Assembly: GCA_046483495.1 (NCBI GenBank)
Contig: JAWODC010000076.1
Coordinates: 1-64,000, forward strand
DNA: 64,000 bases
Source: Desulfobacterales bacterium
GTDB taxonomy: Bacteria > Desulfobacterota > Desulfobacteria > Desulfobacterales > UBA5616
Direction: 5' to 3'
A model generated the notes under the pieces. The model was not told the DNA's origin. It ran no database searches and saw nothing but the letters and a program-made list of their open reading frames with translations. This document shows positions 48,291 through 57,707 of the stretch, piece by piece. The position numbers and the translations under genes are program-made. The first letter of the stretch is position 1. Every line of letters begins with the position of its first letter.

Positions 48291-49466
48291 TCATATCGTT
48301 GCTATCGTGATCGTTACGGCTCCGGGCTCATACCCGTCACCGACTCCGCCGCCGTTATGAGCCAACCCAATTTTTGCACCGTCGACCTGCCGTTTGCCGC
48401 ATTCCCCCCTCAACTGCCAGGCAATTTCTACAAGCTGGGCGACACCGGTCGCGCCTATGGGATGACCCTTCGCCAGCAAGCCGCCGCTGGGGCTGACAAC
48501 GCATTTCCCTCCAAAATCGAACCGCCCCTCGTCAATACAACGCCCGGCCTCTCCTTTGGGGCAAAGTCCCAAATCTTCATAGGCCACCAACTCCAATGCT
48601 GTAAAATCGTCATGAACTTCCACGATATCCAGATCATCCGGACCGATACCGCAGGCCTCATAGGCCGATTGTGACGCCCGTTGAAAGCACTTGAATTCAC
48701 TTAAACGCCCTTCCATACCTTTGTAACGTGCTGAAGATTCGGTGATAAAAGGAATTTTAATCGGTTTTGACGTGTATTGTCGGGCGATATCGCCCGTACA
48801 GATGACAACTGCGGCAGCGCCGTCGGACTGGGGGCAGCATTGCAAAAGCGTCAAGGGATCTGAAATCATTCTCGAATGTAAGACATCTTCGAGCGTGACC
48901 TCTTTCTGAAACTGGGCATACGGGTTCATGGCACCGTTGCGTTTGTTCTTCACGGCTATTTTGGCAAGCTGCTCCCTGGTCGTACCGTATTCATGCATAT
49001 GTGCATTGGCGATCAGGGCCAGCAGGGCCGTTCCAAACGCGCCTGCCACATCCTGGTTCAAATTCATGCCGGAGGGAGTCACCAAAAGCCGTGTCTCCCG
49101 GCTGACGCCCGGTGGAGGGCTCCATTTATCGGCACCGATCACGAGAGCGACATCATACATCCCGTTTGCCACCGTTTCCCATGCGTGCTTCAAAGCACAG
49201 GATCCGGCCGCGCATCCGTTCTCGTGATTAAATGCGGGCACTCCGGAAATGCCCACGGGGGCGGTGATATTCTGGCAGCAATTCGGAGGGGCCGATCCAT
49301 TTCCGCAAAACGCCGCCTCAATTTTCCGGTGGCTGATGCCGGCGTGATCCAGCGCCGCCATGCATGCCTCGGCCCCTAATTCATAAATCGTCTTGTAGGG
49401 AAGATGCCGCCCGTCATAGAGTCCGAACCGCGTCATTCCCGCACCGATGATATATACGTCCCTCAT
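48291..49466 (-). CDS. Thiolase, SCPx/BbsB type
   Basis: ENGCAAG, DGAAA, EVHDDF, GHPIGATG, HNGGG. Confidence 0.92.
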   Translation of the reverse strand: MRDVYIIGAGMTRFGLYDGRHLPYKTIYELGAEACMAALDHAGISHRKIEAAFCGNGSAPPNCCQNITAPVGISGVPAFNHENGCAAGSCALKHAWETVANGMYDVALVIGADKWSPPPGVSRETRLLVTPSGMNLNQDVAGAFGTALLALIANAHMHEYGTTREQLAKIAVKNKRNGAMNPYAQFQKEVTLEDVLHSRMISDPLTLLQCCPQSDGAAAVVICTGDIARQYTSKPIKIPFITESSARYKGMEGRLSEFKCFQRASQSAYEACGIGPDDLDIVEVHDDFTALELVAYEDLGLCPKGEAGRCIDEGRFDFGGKCVVSPSGGLLAKGHPIGATGVAQLVEIAWQLRGECGKRQVDGAKIGLAHNGGGVGDGYEPGAVTITIATI

Positions 49467-49504
49467 TATGATTCCTCCAAATCCTATCCGACTACCTTTT
49501 CTTC

Positions 49505-49617
49505 GGGATCGAAATCGGGATCGCGTTTTTCAAGACTTGTTTTTCGATACCGATACCGATACCGATTTGGACCCCGTCCATACCCATCACCCATAACCCA
49601 TAACCCATAACCCATCA
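49505..49617. repeat. Inverted hexamer-repeat hairpin plus heptamer tandem array
   Basis: GGGATCGAAATCGGGATCG...CGATACCGATACCGATACCGAT, then CCCAT(C/A)A x5 at 49583-49617. Confidence 0.8.
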
Positions 49618-50061
49618 CCTAACCGGCCTGAACGCATACCCCACCACCCTCTTATTTCTCAGGTAATCCGTATACAGCTCTACGATTACAGTTTCGACTT
49701 CCATTCCGTTTACCACCTCTTCGATGCTGCATTCTCGAATCTGGGCCATGATCAGCAGTTCATCATCCTCGGGCACTTTTACCACGCCCAGGATATTCGG
49801 CACCTCGTAACCCGGAACCGCCTGTCGTACAATCGTATGGGCATACAGTTTACCCCTGCTGCTGAGCAGAACGTCCTTCATCGTTTTTCCATCACATTTA
49901 CCGCATCGAATCTTTTTGGGAAACGCGATATCGCCGCATGTATCACATTTAGAGGCGACCAATTGCGGTTTCTCACCCGGTACGGCCGGAAATCTTACGA
50001 TCCCCTCCCGCAGCAGCATCTGATCCTCTTTCAACTGCCATCCGCTATGCATTTCTTCCAT
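49615..50061 (-). CDS. Zn-ribbon/OB-fold (DUF35) thiolase partner
   Basis: CDTCG..FP...CGKC, GKLYAHT, GMEVE, YAFRP. Confidence 0.9.
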   Translation of the reverse strand: MEEMHSGWQLKEDQMLLREGIVRFPAVPGEKPQLVASKCDTCGDIAFPKKIRCGKCDGKTMKDVLLSSRGKLYAHTIVRQAVPGYEVPNILGVVKVPEDDELLIMAQIRECSIEEVVNGMEVETVIVELYTDYLRNKRVVGYAFRPVR

Positions 50062-50203
50062 ATAGTTCTCCCTGCATTCAGAAATATTGCATGTGAGTGG
50101 ACATGGCACATGAAGGGCGTCATACAGTCAATTTCACCGGCACCAAAACCACTGTTCACTGTCCACTGACCACCAAAACGCCGCTTCTGAATAAAATCGT
50201 TCC

Positions 50204-50346
50204 ATGTCCATCCGGAAGCGGTAGGTTTTGGTTCGGAGCAAGGCCTGAGCTCTTTTTGAAACCGCAGGAATAGTGAACTATTTTGAGGATTTCAAAAAGG
50301 CGAAAACGCCGCTCCGGACCAAAAGATGCCGCTTCCGGATGGACAT
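50204..50346 (+). repeat. Palindromic interspersed element, copy D
   Basis: IR ATGTCCATCCGGAAGCGG; core CAAGGC..ACCGCAGGAATAG-TGAA-CTATTTTGAGGATT..AACGCCG; abuts the stop codon of the CoA-ligase gene. Confidence 0.88.
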
Positions 50347-51701
50347 TATTTATAGGTTTTCTCTATATACCGCGTCTTCAAAGCCGTCCGTTCAAGACTC
50401 ATAGGAGGAACCCACTCGATTTTCGGCCGGATACGCAATTTGTTGTGCATATAGTCCCCGATTTCCCCGGCAAGTGTATCGAGCGATGCTTCAGGAACCG
50501 TCCCGGCGTATTCGACTTTCAGCTTCAGCGGCGGCTCTACACGCGGCGGGGGGATATCCAGAACGATGCGAAACTCCCCGGTCACCTTCGGCACAAAATG
50601 GTTAATGGCATCATCGATATGCGAAGGATAGACGATGACGCCCTTTACCTTGAGCATATCATCTGTTCTTCCGATTATTTTCAACCGCCAGCCCGGATTG
50701 CCGCAAGCACAAGGTTCTGTCAAAACCTGCGCCACGTCTCCGGAGGTTCCCCTCAAAGACATAGGGCCTTCGAGGGTTGTGGTGAGAAGCTGTCCGATGG
50801 CTCCGTTTTCGAACGGAATCGATTGCTTGGTTTCCGGATCGACAAGCTCGAAAAAGAACAGATCATCGGACAGGTGATGCATCCCCGCATATTCTTCCAC
50901 ATCACACGAAGCAAGCGCCAATCCTCCGATCAGCCCCATCATATCCGTTAGACGGCACCCGAAACCGTCCTGGATTTTATTTCGCACTTCCGGAATGCCG
51001 GCTCCGGGCTCCCCACCGCAGATAACCCGTTTGAATCGGAGGCTCCTGATTTTTTCCGGCAGTGCTTCCACCAGGTATTGCGCGTAAGAAGGGGTGCAAA
51101 ACATGATGGTCGGTTTGAAGTATTCGGAAAACTGCATCAGTTTTTCTTTACCCACTTCAGCACCCACCGGGATCACGGTGACGCCAAGACGAATGAATGT
51201 TTCGATCAGTGGGATGCCGGCACCGAACATACTGAGGGCCATGGCATGTACAACCGTTTCCCCGGGCGTAATGCCGCACATGAAACACCCCCTGCTGTAG
51301 CCTTTGGCCATCACCTGCATGCTTTGTTCCGTGAAAAAATAAGGAGTGGGAATACCTGTTGTTCCGGAGGTCGCGCACAGGAGCAGATAGTCCTCGGGCT
51401 TCACTCCCTGCACATAGGCCATCGTATCCTTTAGGGTTCCCTTCCAAAACGGACCCTTGATCATGTCCTCCATTTGCGATCGGGGCTCCCCCCCAACGGG
51501 AAAAGCGCTTTTAAAATCATCCAGCGTTTTAATATGGGAGAGATCATTGACGCCCTTCGCGATACAGGACATTCGGAAAACCTCGTTGTTATCGAAATTG
51601 TCGTTCAAGTTTTTGATTAATTTTTTCTCCTGCAAATCCTTCATCTCGGGCGTGCCTTGCATCCGGTACTCTTTTTCGTCAAAATAGTCGTAAAAGCCCA
51701 T
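50346..51701 (-). CDS. Phenylacetate-CoA ligase-like (PaaK family) acyl-CoA synthetase
   Basis: TSGTTG P-loop, TPSYA, GGEPG, GRTDDMLKVKGVIVYPS; GGAGG RBS. Confidence 0.9.
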   Translation of the reverse strand: MGFYDYFDEKEYRMQGTPEMKDLQEKKLIKNLNDNFDNNEVFRMSCIAKGVNDLSHIKTLDDFKSAFPVGGEPRSQMEDMIKGPFWKGTLKDTMAYVQGVKPEDYLLLCATSGTTGIPTPYFFTEQSMQVMAKGYSRGCFMCGITPGETVVHAMALSMFGAGIPLIETFIRLGVTVIPVGAEVGKEKLMQFSEYFKPTIMFCTPSYAQYLVEALPEKIRSLRFKRVICGGEPGAGIPEVRNKIQDGFGCRLTDMMGLIGGLALASCDVEEYAGMHHLSDDLFFFELVDPETKQSIPFENGAIGQLLTTTLEGPMSLRGTSGDVAQVLTEPCACGNPGWRLKIIGRTDDMLKVKGVIVYPSHIDDAINHFVPKVTGEFRIVLDIPPPRVEPPLKLKVEYAGTVPEASLDTLAGEIGDYMHNKLRIRPKIEWVPPMSLERTALKTRYIEKTYK

Positions 51702-52199
51702 ATTACCTCCCATACTGCCAGAAATGTTACCGAATCGAAGCCGAAACCGGTCAGCTTGAACGGGGGCGGCAGCTGCCCGTAAGATGTTCGAACCGGGCCA
51801 AAACGATCAGGGGCGAAACAACAACATCATTTCGATCCGGTAGAAAAGAAAAACAATGTGAGCGTCTACCCGGCCGGCGTATTTCACCGCTCCGGGCCGA
51901 AAATGCCATTTCTTGATTGAGATAAGTAAATGTAATATATAGAAAAAGACCCTTAGGACTGGGTTTATGCTGAATCATCCATATAATTTTTAATAGTTTA
52001 TCCAAAATAAATTCTGTCCGTCAATAAAAAACTCCCGGCGATGAACGGTCGCTTGACAACCAAGAGCTTGAAACGGGGCGGGTCGTGATGCATTTTGAAA
52101 AAAAGGCGTACCATTTTACTCAAAAATCATCTACATTAGGTCATGTCCATTGGTAAAACCCTTGATTTTTTCTTCGGCACTTTCATCAAGGAGGCAAAA

Positions 52200-52763
52200 A
52201 TGAAAGCATCACTTGGCGCTAAACCACTGGCTTTTCCCGCACCGGTCTGGTGCGTCGGCTCTTATGACGGGGAAAATCGCCCGAATGTCATGACGGCCGC
52301 ATGGGGAGGAATTTGCTGTTCGAAACCGCCCTGCATTACCGTTTCACTTAGAAAAGCCACCTATACCTATGGCAATATTATGGCTCGAAAAGCGTATACG
52401 GTGAGTATCGCGTCCGAGAAATACGCCGGACAGGCCGATTATTTCGGAATGGCTTCCGGAAGGGATGTGAACAAGTTTGAAAAAACCGGGTTGACGGCGG
52501 TGAAAAGCGAGATTGTGGACGCTCCTTATGTCGGAGAATTCCCGCTGATACTGGAATGCAGCCTGTTACATCATTACGAAATCGGCCTACATACACAGTT
52601 TATCGGTGAAATAATGGATGTCAAAGCCGATGAAGCCGTGCTCAGCGACGGACTTCCCGATATCGGCAAAGTCAAGCCGATCGTATTCGGGCCGGAAATT
52701 CGGACCTATTATCGCCTCGGCAATCTTCTGGGGCTTGCATTTAATCTCGGAAAAGCTTATTAA
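52200..52763 (+). CDS. Flavin reductase / flavoredoxin family protein
   Basis: PNVMTAAWGGICCSKPP, ADYFG..SGR, LEC, GLHTQFIGEI. Confidence 0.9.
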   Translation: MKASLGAKPLAFPAPVWCVGSYDGENRPNVMTAAWGGICCSKPPCITVSLRKATYTYGNIMARKAYTVSIASEKYAGQADYFGMASGRDVNKFEKTGLTAVKSEIVDAPYVGEFPLILECSLLHHYEIGLHTQFIGEIMDVKADEAVLSDGLPDIGKVKPIVFGPEIRTYYRLGNLLGLAFNLGKAY

Positions 52764-52881
52764 AAGCTATCCTGTTTCGGGCGCACCCCTACCCCGACAT
52801 GAGCGTAATCCGATATCGAGGTGCTGCGTTCCTAAAAAGCCGAATCTCATTCATACGCGCTATCAGAGGCATTTTTGAAAT

Positions 52882-54303
52882 ATGACCGCTTGTACATCAA
52901 AACTTCATGAGAAAACGCTGCTGAAGCAAATTGACGCTCTTTTTCATCCCGAGTCCATTGCCGTTGTCGGTGTACCAAGAGGGATGAAGATGGGAAGACT
53001 GTTTTTAACAGCCCTTCTCGATCAGAATTTTCCCGGCACCATTTATCCTGTGAATCCCAGTGCCACGGAAATCGACGGCTTGAAAACCTATCCCGCGGTT
53101 TCCGAAATCCCCGGGCCCGTGGATTTGGCCATTGTTCTGGTTCCCCATGACCAGACGCTTTCCATTGTCAAAGAATGTGCAGAAAAAAAAGTGAAAGGCG
53201 TGGTGCTGTTCACCGCCGGATACGGTGAAACCGGAACACCTGAAGGCAAAGATCTGGAGGAAAAGCTGGTGAACATCGCCCAATCCGCGGGCATGCGGTT
53301 GGTCGGCCCCAATTGCATGGGGCTGTATTCTCCGGAATCCGGACTCTCGTTTTTTCCGGAACTGTCCAGGACACCGGGAAATGTGGGAATCGTATCACAC
53401 AGCGGCTCACTGGCCAATATCATGGGCCGGATGGGGAAAGACAGAGGCATTCGATTCAGCAAAGTGGTCAGCCTGGGCAACGAATGCGACCTTACCGGTA
53501 CGGATTTTCTTGCCTACCTCGGGTCCGATCCCGATACGCGCGTGATCGGCACGTACCTTGAAAATATTCGAAACGGCGCTGAATTTCTTCACACGGTCAA
53601 GGAGATATCCGGAATCAAACCGGTCATTCTCTGGAAGGCCGGCAGAACGCCGGAAGGCGCCCGGGCCGCGGCCTCGCACACGGGAGCTCTGGCCGGAAGA
53701 AAAGAAGTTTGGGAGGGCGTTGTCCGGCAGAGCGGGGGGATCGAGGTCATCGGCTTCGAAGCGTGGCTGGATACACTGATGGCCTTTTCGTATCTTCCCG
53801 ACACCATCGGTTGCAGCATGGCGATCATATCCGGACCCGGTGGGTTTGCCGTAGCTGCGGCCGAGGCATGCGGAATGGCGGGATTGACCTTGGCGAACCT
53901 GTCCCGGGAAACACAGCAGCTACTCGGAGAAATTATCGCCCAAACGGGCACGAGTGTCCGCAATCCGATCGATATCGGGCTTTCCGGTTCGATGAACAAA
54001 GAAACCGTTCTTAAAGCGGCAAGGACGGCTGCGGCAGATGAGAACGTCGATGCCCTTTTAGTGGTCGGCACCGGTATGACGCCGGAGGACAACCGGTTTT
54101 TCGCCCATGAATTCAGCCGCATTCAACACGCGTTTGAAAAACCTTTCCTCCCGGTAGCCATGCCCGGTTTTGATGAAATGAAACACACGGATTTTTTCGA
54201 GGCCGGGTTTCCCGTTTTTTCAAGCGTGGAACGGGCCATGCAAGCCTACGGACGCATATGGCGATACCGCCAGTGGAAAAGTCTTACCCTTAATCTCTGC
54301 TGA
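52882..54303 (+). CDS. ADP-forming acyl-CoA synthetase alpha subunit (CoA-binding)
   Basis: PESIAVVG, YPVNP, GPNCMG, SLGN, AAASHTG (phospho-His), NPID. Confidence 0.9.
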   Translation: MTACTSKLHEKTLLKQIDALFHPESIAVVGVPRGMKMGRLFLTALLDQNFPGTIYPVNPSATEIDGLKTYPAVSEIPGPVDLAIVLVPHDQTLSIVKECAEKKVKGVVLFTAGYGETGTPEGKDLEEKLVNIAQSAGMRLVGPNCMGLYSPESGLSFFPELSRTPGNVGIVSHSGSLANIMGRMGKDRGIRFSKVVSLGNECDLTGTDFLAYLGSDPDTRVIGTYLENIRNGAEFLHTVKEISGIKPVILWKAGRTPEGARAAASHTGALAGRKEVWEGVVRQSGGIEVIGFEAWLDTLMAFSYLPDTIGCSMAIISGPGGFAVAAAEACGMAGLTLANLSRETQQLLGEIIAQTGTSVRNPIDIGLSGSMNKETVLKAARTAAADENVDALLVVGTGMTPEDNRFFAHEFSRIQHAFEKPFLPVAMPGFDEMKHTDFFEAGFPVFSSVERAMQAYGRIWRYRQWKSLTLNLC

Positions 54304-54404
54304 ATAAAACGGCTGCCGCTGCTTTTTGCACCCATTTTCCCCGACTGGTGGATTGGGGTTCAGAGCACCGGGCGGAACGTTACGAAGCCACGGCCCCATT
54401 TCCC

Positions 54405-54552
54405 TACAAGTGGTTTCAAAACCTTCAATCAGGTCAAAGATCAAGGCGGGAGGAAGGATTCAAGCGCAGGAATACATTATGTATTTTGAGCATTGAATCC
54501 TTCATCCCAACGCCGATATTGGGCCTGAGGGGAGGTTTTAGAACCACTTCTA
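54405..54552 (+). repeat. Palindromic interspersed element, copy E
   Basis: AAGTGGTTTCAAAACCT...AGGTTTTAGAACCACTT; core CAAGGCG..AAGCGCAGGAATAC-N5-GTATTTTGAGCATT..CAACGCCG. Confidence 0.9.
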
Positions 54553-54587
54553 ATCTTTTCCCAATTACCCCGAAAGGAGGCTGCTTA

Positions 54588-56531
54588 ATGTCCTTTTCCG
54601 AATCCAAAGAAATCCCTCTCGGCATGAGAGAACTGCAACCCAATCCATCCAACTATATTGCTGAAGCGTTGGTGGAACATGGGGTGGATATCGCCTTCGG
54701 CATTCACGGCGGCCATATTTGGCAGATCGTGGATGAAATCAGCAGGGCCGGCATCAAAACCATCACCTTCCGTCATGAACAGGCCGCCGCATATGCGGCG
54801 GAAGCCTATTCCAAGGTTACCCGCAGACCGGGGGTGTGCTTCGCAACGGCCGGTCCCGGTGTCGGCAATGCGTTTTCCGCTATTCAACAGGCCCACATGA
54901 GCTGCAGCCCGGTTGTTTTCATCGCCGGCGGAAACGCACCGGAAACCGACTATCTTCCGATCATCCAGCCCTGCTATGTGACCGACATCATGAAAAACAT
55001 CACCAAGTTCTGTCTGCGGTGCACGGAAACGGCTCAGGTCAAACAGGTGATCGCACGTGCATTCAAGAGCTGTCAATCCTATCCAAAAGGTCCCGCGGCT
55101 CTTGAAATGGAACTGGGCATGCTGTTTAAACCGTTGCCGCCGGCTATCCCTCCGCTCAGCGCATACGGGGAACACGCCATGTATGTTCCCAAATGGCGCG
55201 GGGAAGAAACCGCGGACCCCATTCCGCCGGGAGGTGCACCCGAATTCATCGAACGGGCGGTCCAGGCCCTCTGGTCATCGGAAAAACCCGTTATTTATGC
55301 TGCTGACGGGTGCCACTGGTCCGATGCATCCAAAGCCCTGCTGGAATTCGCCGAACTGTCTCAAATCCCGGTGACCACCCGCAGGATCGCCCGCGGCTGC
55401 TTTCCCGAAGTTCACCCCCTGTTTTTGGATTCCCGAACCGGCCGTACCGCCATCGGTCAAAGCGATATCCGGCTGCTCTTAGGCGGCAAAATCGGTTCTT
55501 TTGACTCCTTCGGCTTCGGTTGGCCTCCCACCATCCAGGTGAATGAATCGCCGGATCACATATGGACCTACTTGAATACACCCGTAGCCATAGTCGGGGA
55601 TATCCGGGTGGTCTTGGAGCAGATGATCGCCTATATCAAAAAGATGAATTTGACCCCGCCCGAAAGCCGCAAAGAGTGGACGGCACATTGCCGGGACGTC
55701 CAGAAGGGGGGGCTGGAAGCCAGGAAGGAAAAGGCGGAAACATATGCAAAGCATCGGCCTGTTCATTTCGGCTACCTGGCGAAAAAGGCATGGGATGTCT
55801 GCGAGGATCTGTACGGCGGGATGAACCGGATCATATTGGATGGCTACACCCTTTCGGATTACATGCCCGCCTTTATCCGGGCCCGCTATTCCGGTCAAGT
55901 CATGGATGCATCGGAGTATGCGGGTGTGGGCCACGGCGTCGGCATGGCGATCGGCGCCGCCTTCGGTGATCCCGATGCCCGCCGGCACCCCATACTGGCC
56001 CTCATGGGGGATGCGGGCATGGGCATTTCCGGAACCGATTTCGAAACGGCCGTTATTCACAAGCTGCCCATAGTCTATCTGGTGTCTGAAAATCGCGGAT
56101 GGCTTACCGGCATGAAATCCGTCTATTATGGCAATAACTGGGAAAGCATGGGAGAGCAGGATCGGGCATACGGGCAGGAAGGGGTGGAAAATGCCCGCTA
56201 TGACAGGTTCTGTGACATGTTCGGCGGCCATGGCGAGTATGTCGATGATCCCGGAGAAATAGGACCCGCACTCATCCGGGCGTTTAAGGCGGCTGAAAAC
56301 GGAAGCCCGGCCATTGTCAACGTCCACATGGATCCAACGGTATCCAACCGGCAAATCTACAGCGCCACATACGCCACCTGCTGGGCCCACATTCCGTGGG
56401 AAACCCTTGCACCGAGGGGAAGAGCTATCCGCAGAAATACCCTGGCCCAATTCCCCTGGGAGGAGGCCGGAGTCCCACCGATGAAAATGCCCGATCCGTG
56501 GGAGCCGGTCAAGGACGAGGAAGAATTCTAA
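54588..56531 (+). CDS. ThDP-dependent enzyme (acetolactate synthase/2-hydroxyacyl-CoA lyase-like)
   Basis: FGIHGGH, RHEQAA, TAGPG, GDAG..N; AAGGAGG RBS. Confidence 0.9.
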   Translation: MSFSESKEIPLGMRELQPNPSNYIAEALVEHGVDIAFGIHGGHIWQIVDEISRAGIKTITFRHEQAAAYAAEAYSKVTRRPGVCFATAGPGVGNAFSAIQQAHMSCSPVVFIAGGNAPETDYLPIIQPCYVTDIMKNITKFCLRCTETAQVKQVIARAFKSCQSYPKGPAALEMELGMLFKPLPPAIPPLSAYGEHAMYVPKWRGEETADPIPPGGAPEFIERAVQALWSSEKPVIYAADGCHWSDASKALLEFAELSQIPVTTRRIARGCFPEVHPLFLDSRTGRTAIGQSDIRLLLGGKIGSFDSFGFGWPPTIQVNESPDHIWTYLNTPVAIVGDIRVVLEQMIAYIKKMNLTPPESRKEWTAHCRDVQKGGLEARKEKAETYAKHRPVHFGYLAKKAWDVCEDLYGGMNRIILDGYTLSDYMPAFIRARYSGQVMDASEYAGVGHGVGMAIGAAFGDPDARRHPILALMGDAGMGISGTDFETAVIHKLPIVYLVSENRGWLTGMKSVYYGNNWESMGEQDRAYGQEGVENARYDRFCDMFGGHGEYVDDPGEIGPALIRAFKAAENGSPAIVNVHMDPTVSNRQIYSATYATCWAHIPWETLAPRGRAIRRNTLAQFPWEEAGVPPMKMPDPWEPVKDEEEF

Positions 56532-56666
56532 TACGACTATCGGAATTCATGGCAGTGCGGTCCGGGCCATTCGCCGGAAAGAAAAACGAGACGGGCGATA
56601 CGGGATGGGGCTTGAAGTGGATTACAGATTCGGCAACACGCAGATTCAGTGAACAGGAGGAAGAGC

Positions 56667-57503
56667 ATGTACGATGATTTAAAGGGAAAAGTCGTTGTTG
56701 TAACGGGTTCGGGACGTCCAAACGGCCTCGGGCACGGCATGTCGATACGCTTTGCTCGAGAAGGGTCCCACGTGGTGGTGACGGACGTTGCCTGCCCGCA
56801 TTCCGACCCCGAATACGGTCGGGGAACCTGGGAAGAGCTTCTCGAACGGAAAAAGGAACTCGAAGCATTCGGAGTAAAATGCCTCCCCGTCAAGTGCGAT
56901 GTGACCGTTGAGTCGGAAGTGCAGCAGATGGTGGGTGCCGCCGTCGACCATTTCGGAGAAATCGACATTCTGGTAAACAATGTCGGCGGTGGTCCTCCCG
57001 GCAGCGGGGGGCCGCTGATCGATGTCGATGCAAACGGATGGGATGAGGGAATAGCCGTAAATGTCAAGGGCACCCATCTTTGCTCAAGGGCGGCCGCCCA
57101 ACAGATGGTCCGGCAGGGAAAAGGCGCAAAAATCGTTAATATTGCTTCACAGGCGGCAAAACGACCCTGCCCCGGTTTGGGTGTCTACGGCGCCGGCAAG
57201 GCTGCGGTGTGCCACTACACCAAAACCCCGGCCGTTGAGCTCGCACCCTACCGGATCAATGTCAATGCCGTTCTGCCCGGAACGATCGAAACCGATATGC
57301 TCAAGGAATCCTTTGCCAGACTGGCGGAGCAGATGGGTATGACATATGAACAGCTCATGGACAGCACCCTGCCGACGATTCCGTTGGGCAGATTTCAGAC
57401 CCGGGACGATGTGGCGGCCTCCGTAGTCTGGCTGGCCTCGAAAGAAGCCGATTATATCACCGGGGAAACGATTCTCACCACGGGTGGACAAACCATTTAC
57501 TAG
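56667..57503 (+). CDS. Classical SDR
   Basis: TGSGRPNGLG, NNVG, YGAGK, VLPG, YITGE. Confidence 0.9.
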   Translation: MYDDLKGKVVVVTGSGRPNGLGHGMSIRFAREGSHVVVTDVACPHSDPEYGRGTWEELLERKKELEAFGVKCLPVKCDVTVESEVQQMVGAAVDHFGEIDILVNNVGGGPPGSGGPLIDVDANGWDEGIAVNVKGTHLCSRAAAQQMVRQGKGAKIVNIASQAAKRPCPGLGVYGAGKAAVCHYTKTPAVELAPYRINVNAVLPGTIETDMLKESFARLAEQMGMTYEQLMDSTLPTIPLGRFQTRDDVAASVVWLASKEADYITGETILTTGGQTIY

Positions 57504-57560
57504 ATCGTTTGGATCGTTTAGAGCGTAAGAGCGTTCCGAACGTAACGATCCCAACGATCC

Positions 57561-57707
57561 CTGGAAGTGGTTTCAAAACCTTCAATCAGGTCCAAGATCA
57601 AGGCGGGAGGAAGGATTCAAGCGCAGGAATACATAACGTATTTTGAGCATTCACTTCATCCCAACGCCGATATTGGGCCTGAGGGGAGGTTTTGAAACCA
57701 CTTCTAG
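57561..57707 (+). repeat. Palindromic interspersed element, copy F (near-identical direct copy of E)
   Basis: CTGGAAGTGGTTTCAAAAC...GTTTTGAAACCACTTCTAG. The terminal CTA is the TAG stop of the SpoVR-family gene. Confidence 0.9.

Noticed and set aside
49505..49617. CRISPR array
   Set aside because: Units are 6-7 bp with no unique spacers, and there are no cas genes in the window.
55479..56450. 323-aa minus-strand ORF
   Set aside because: Antisense shadow of the ThDP enzyme gene.
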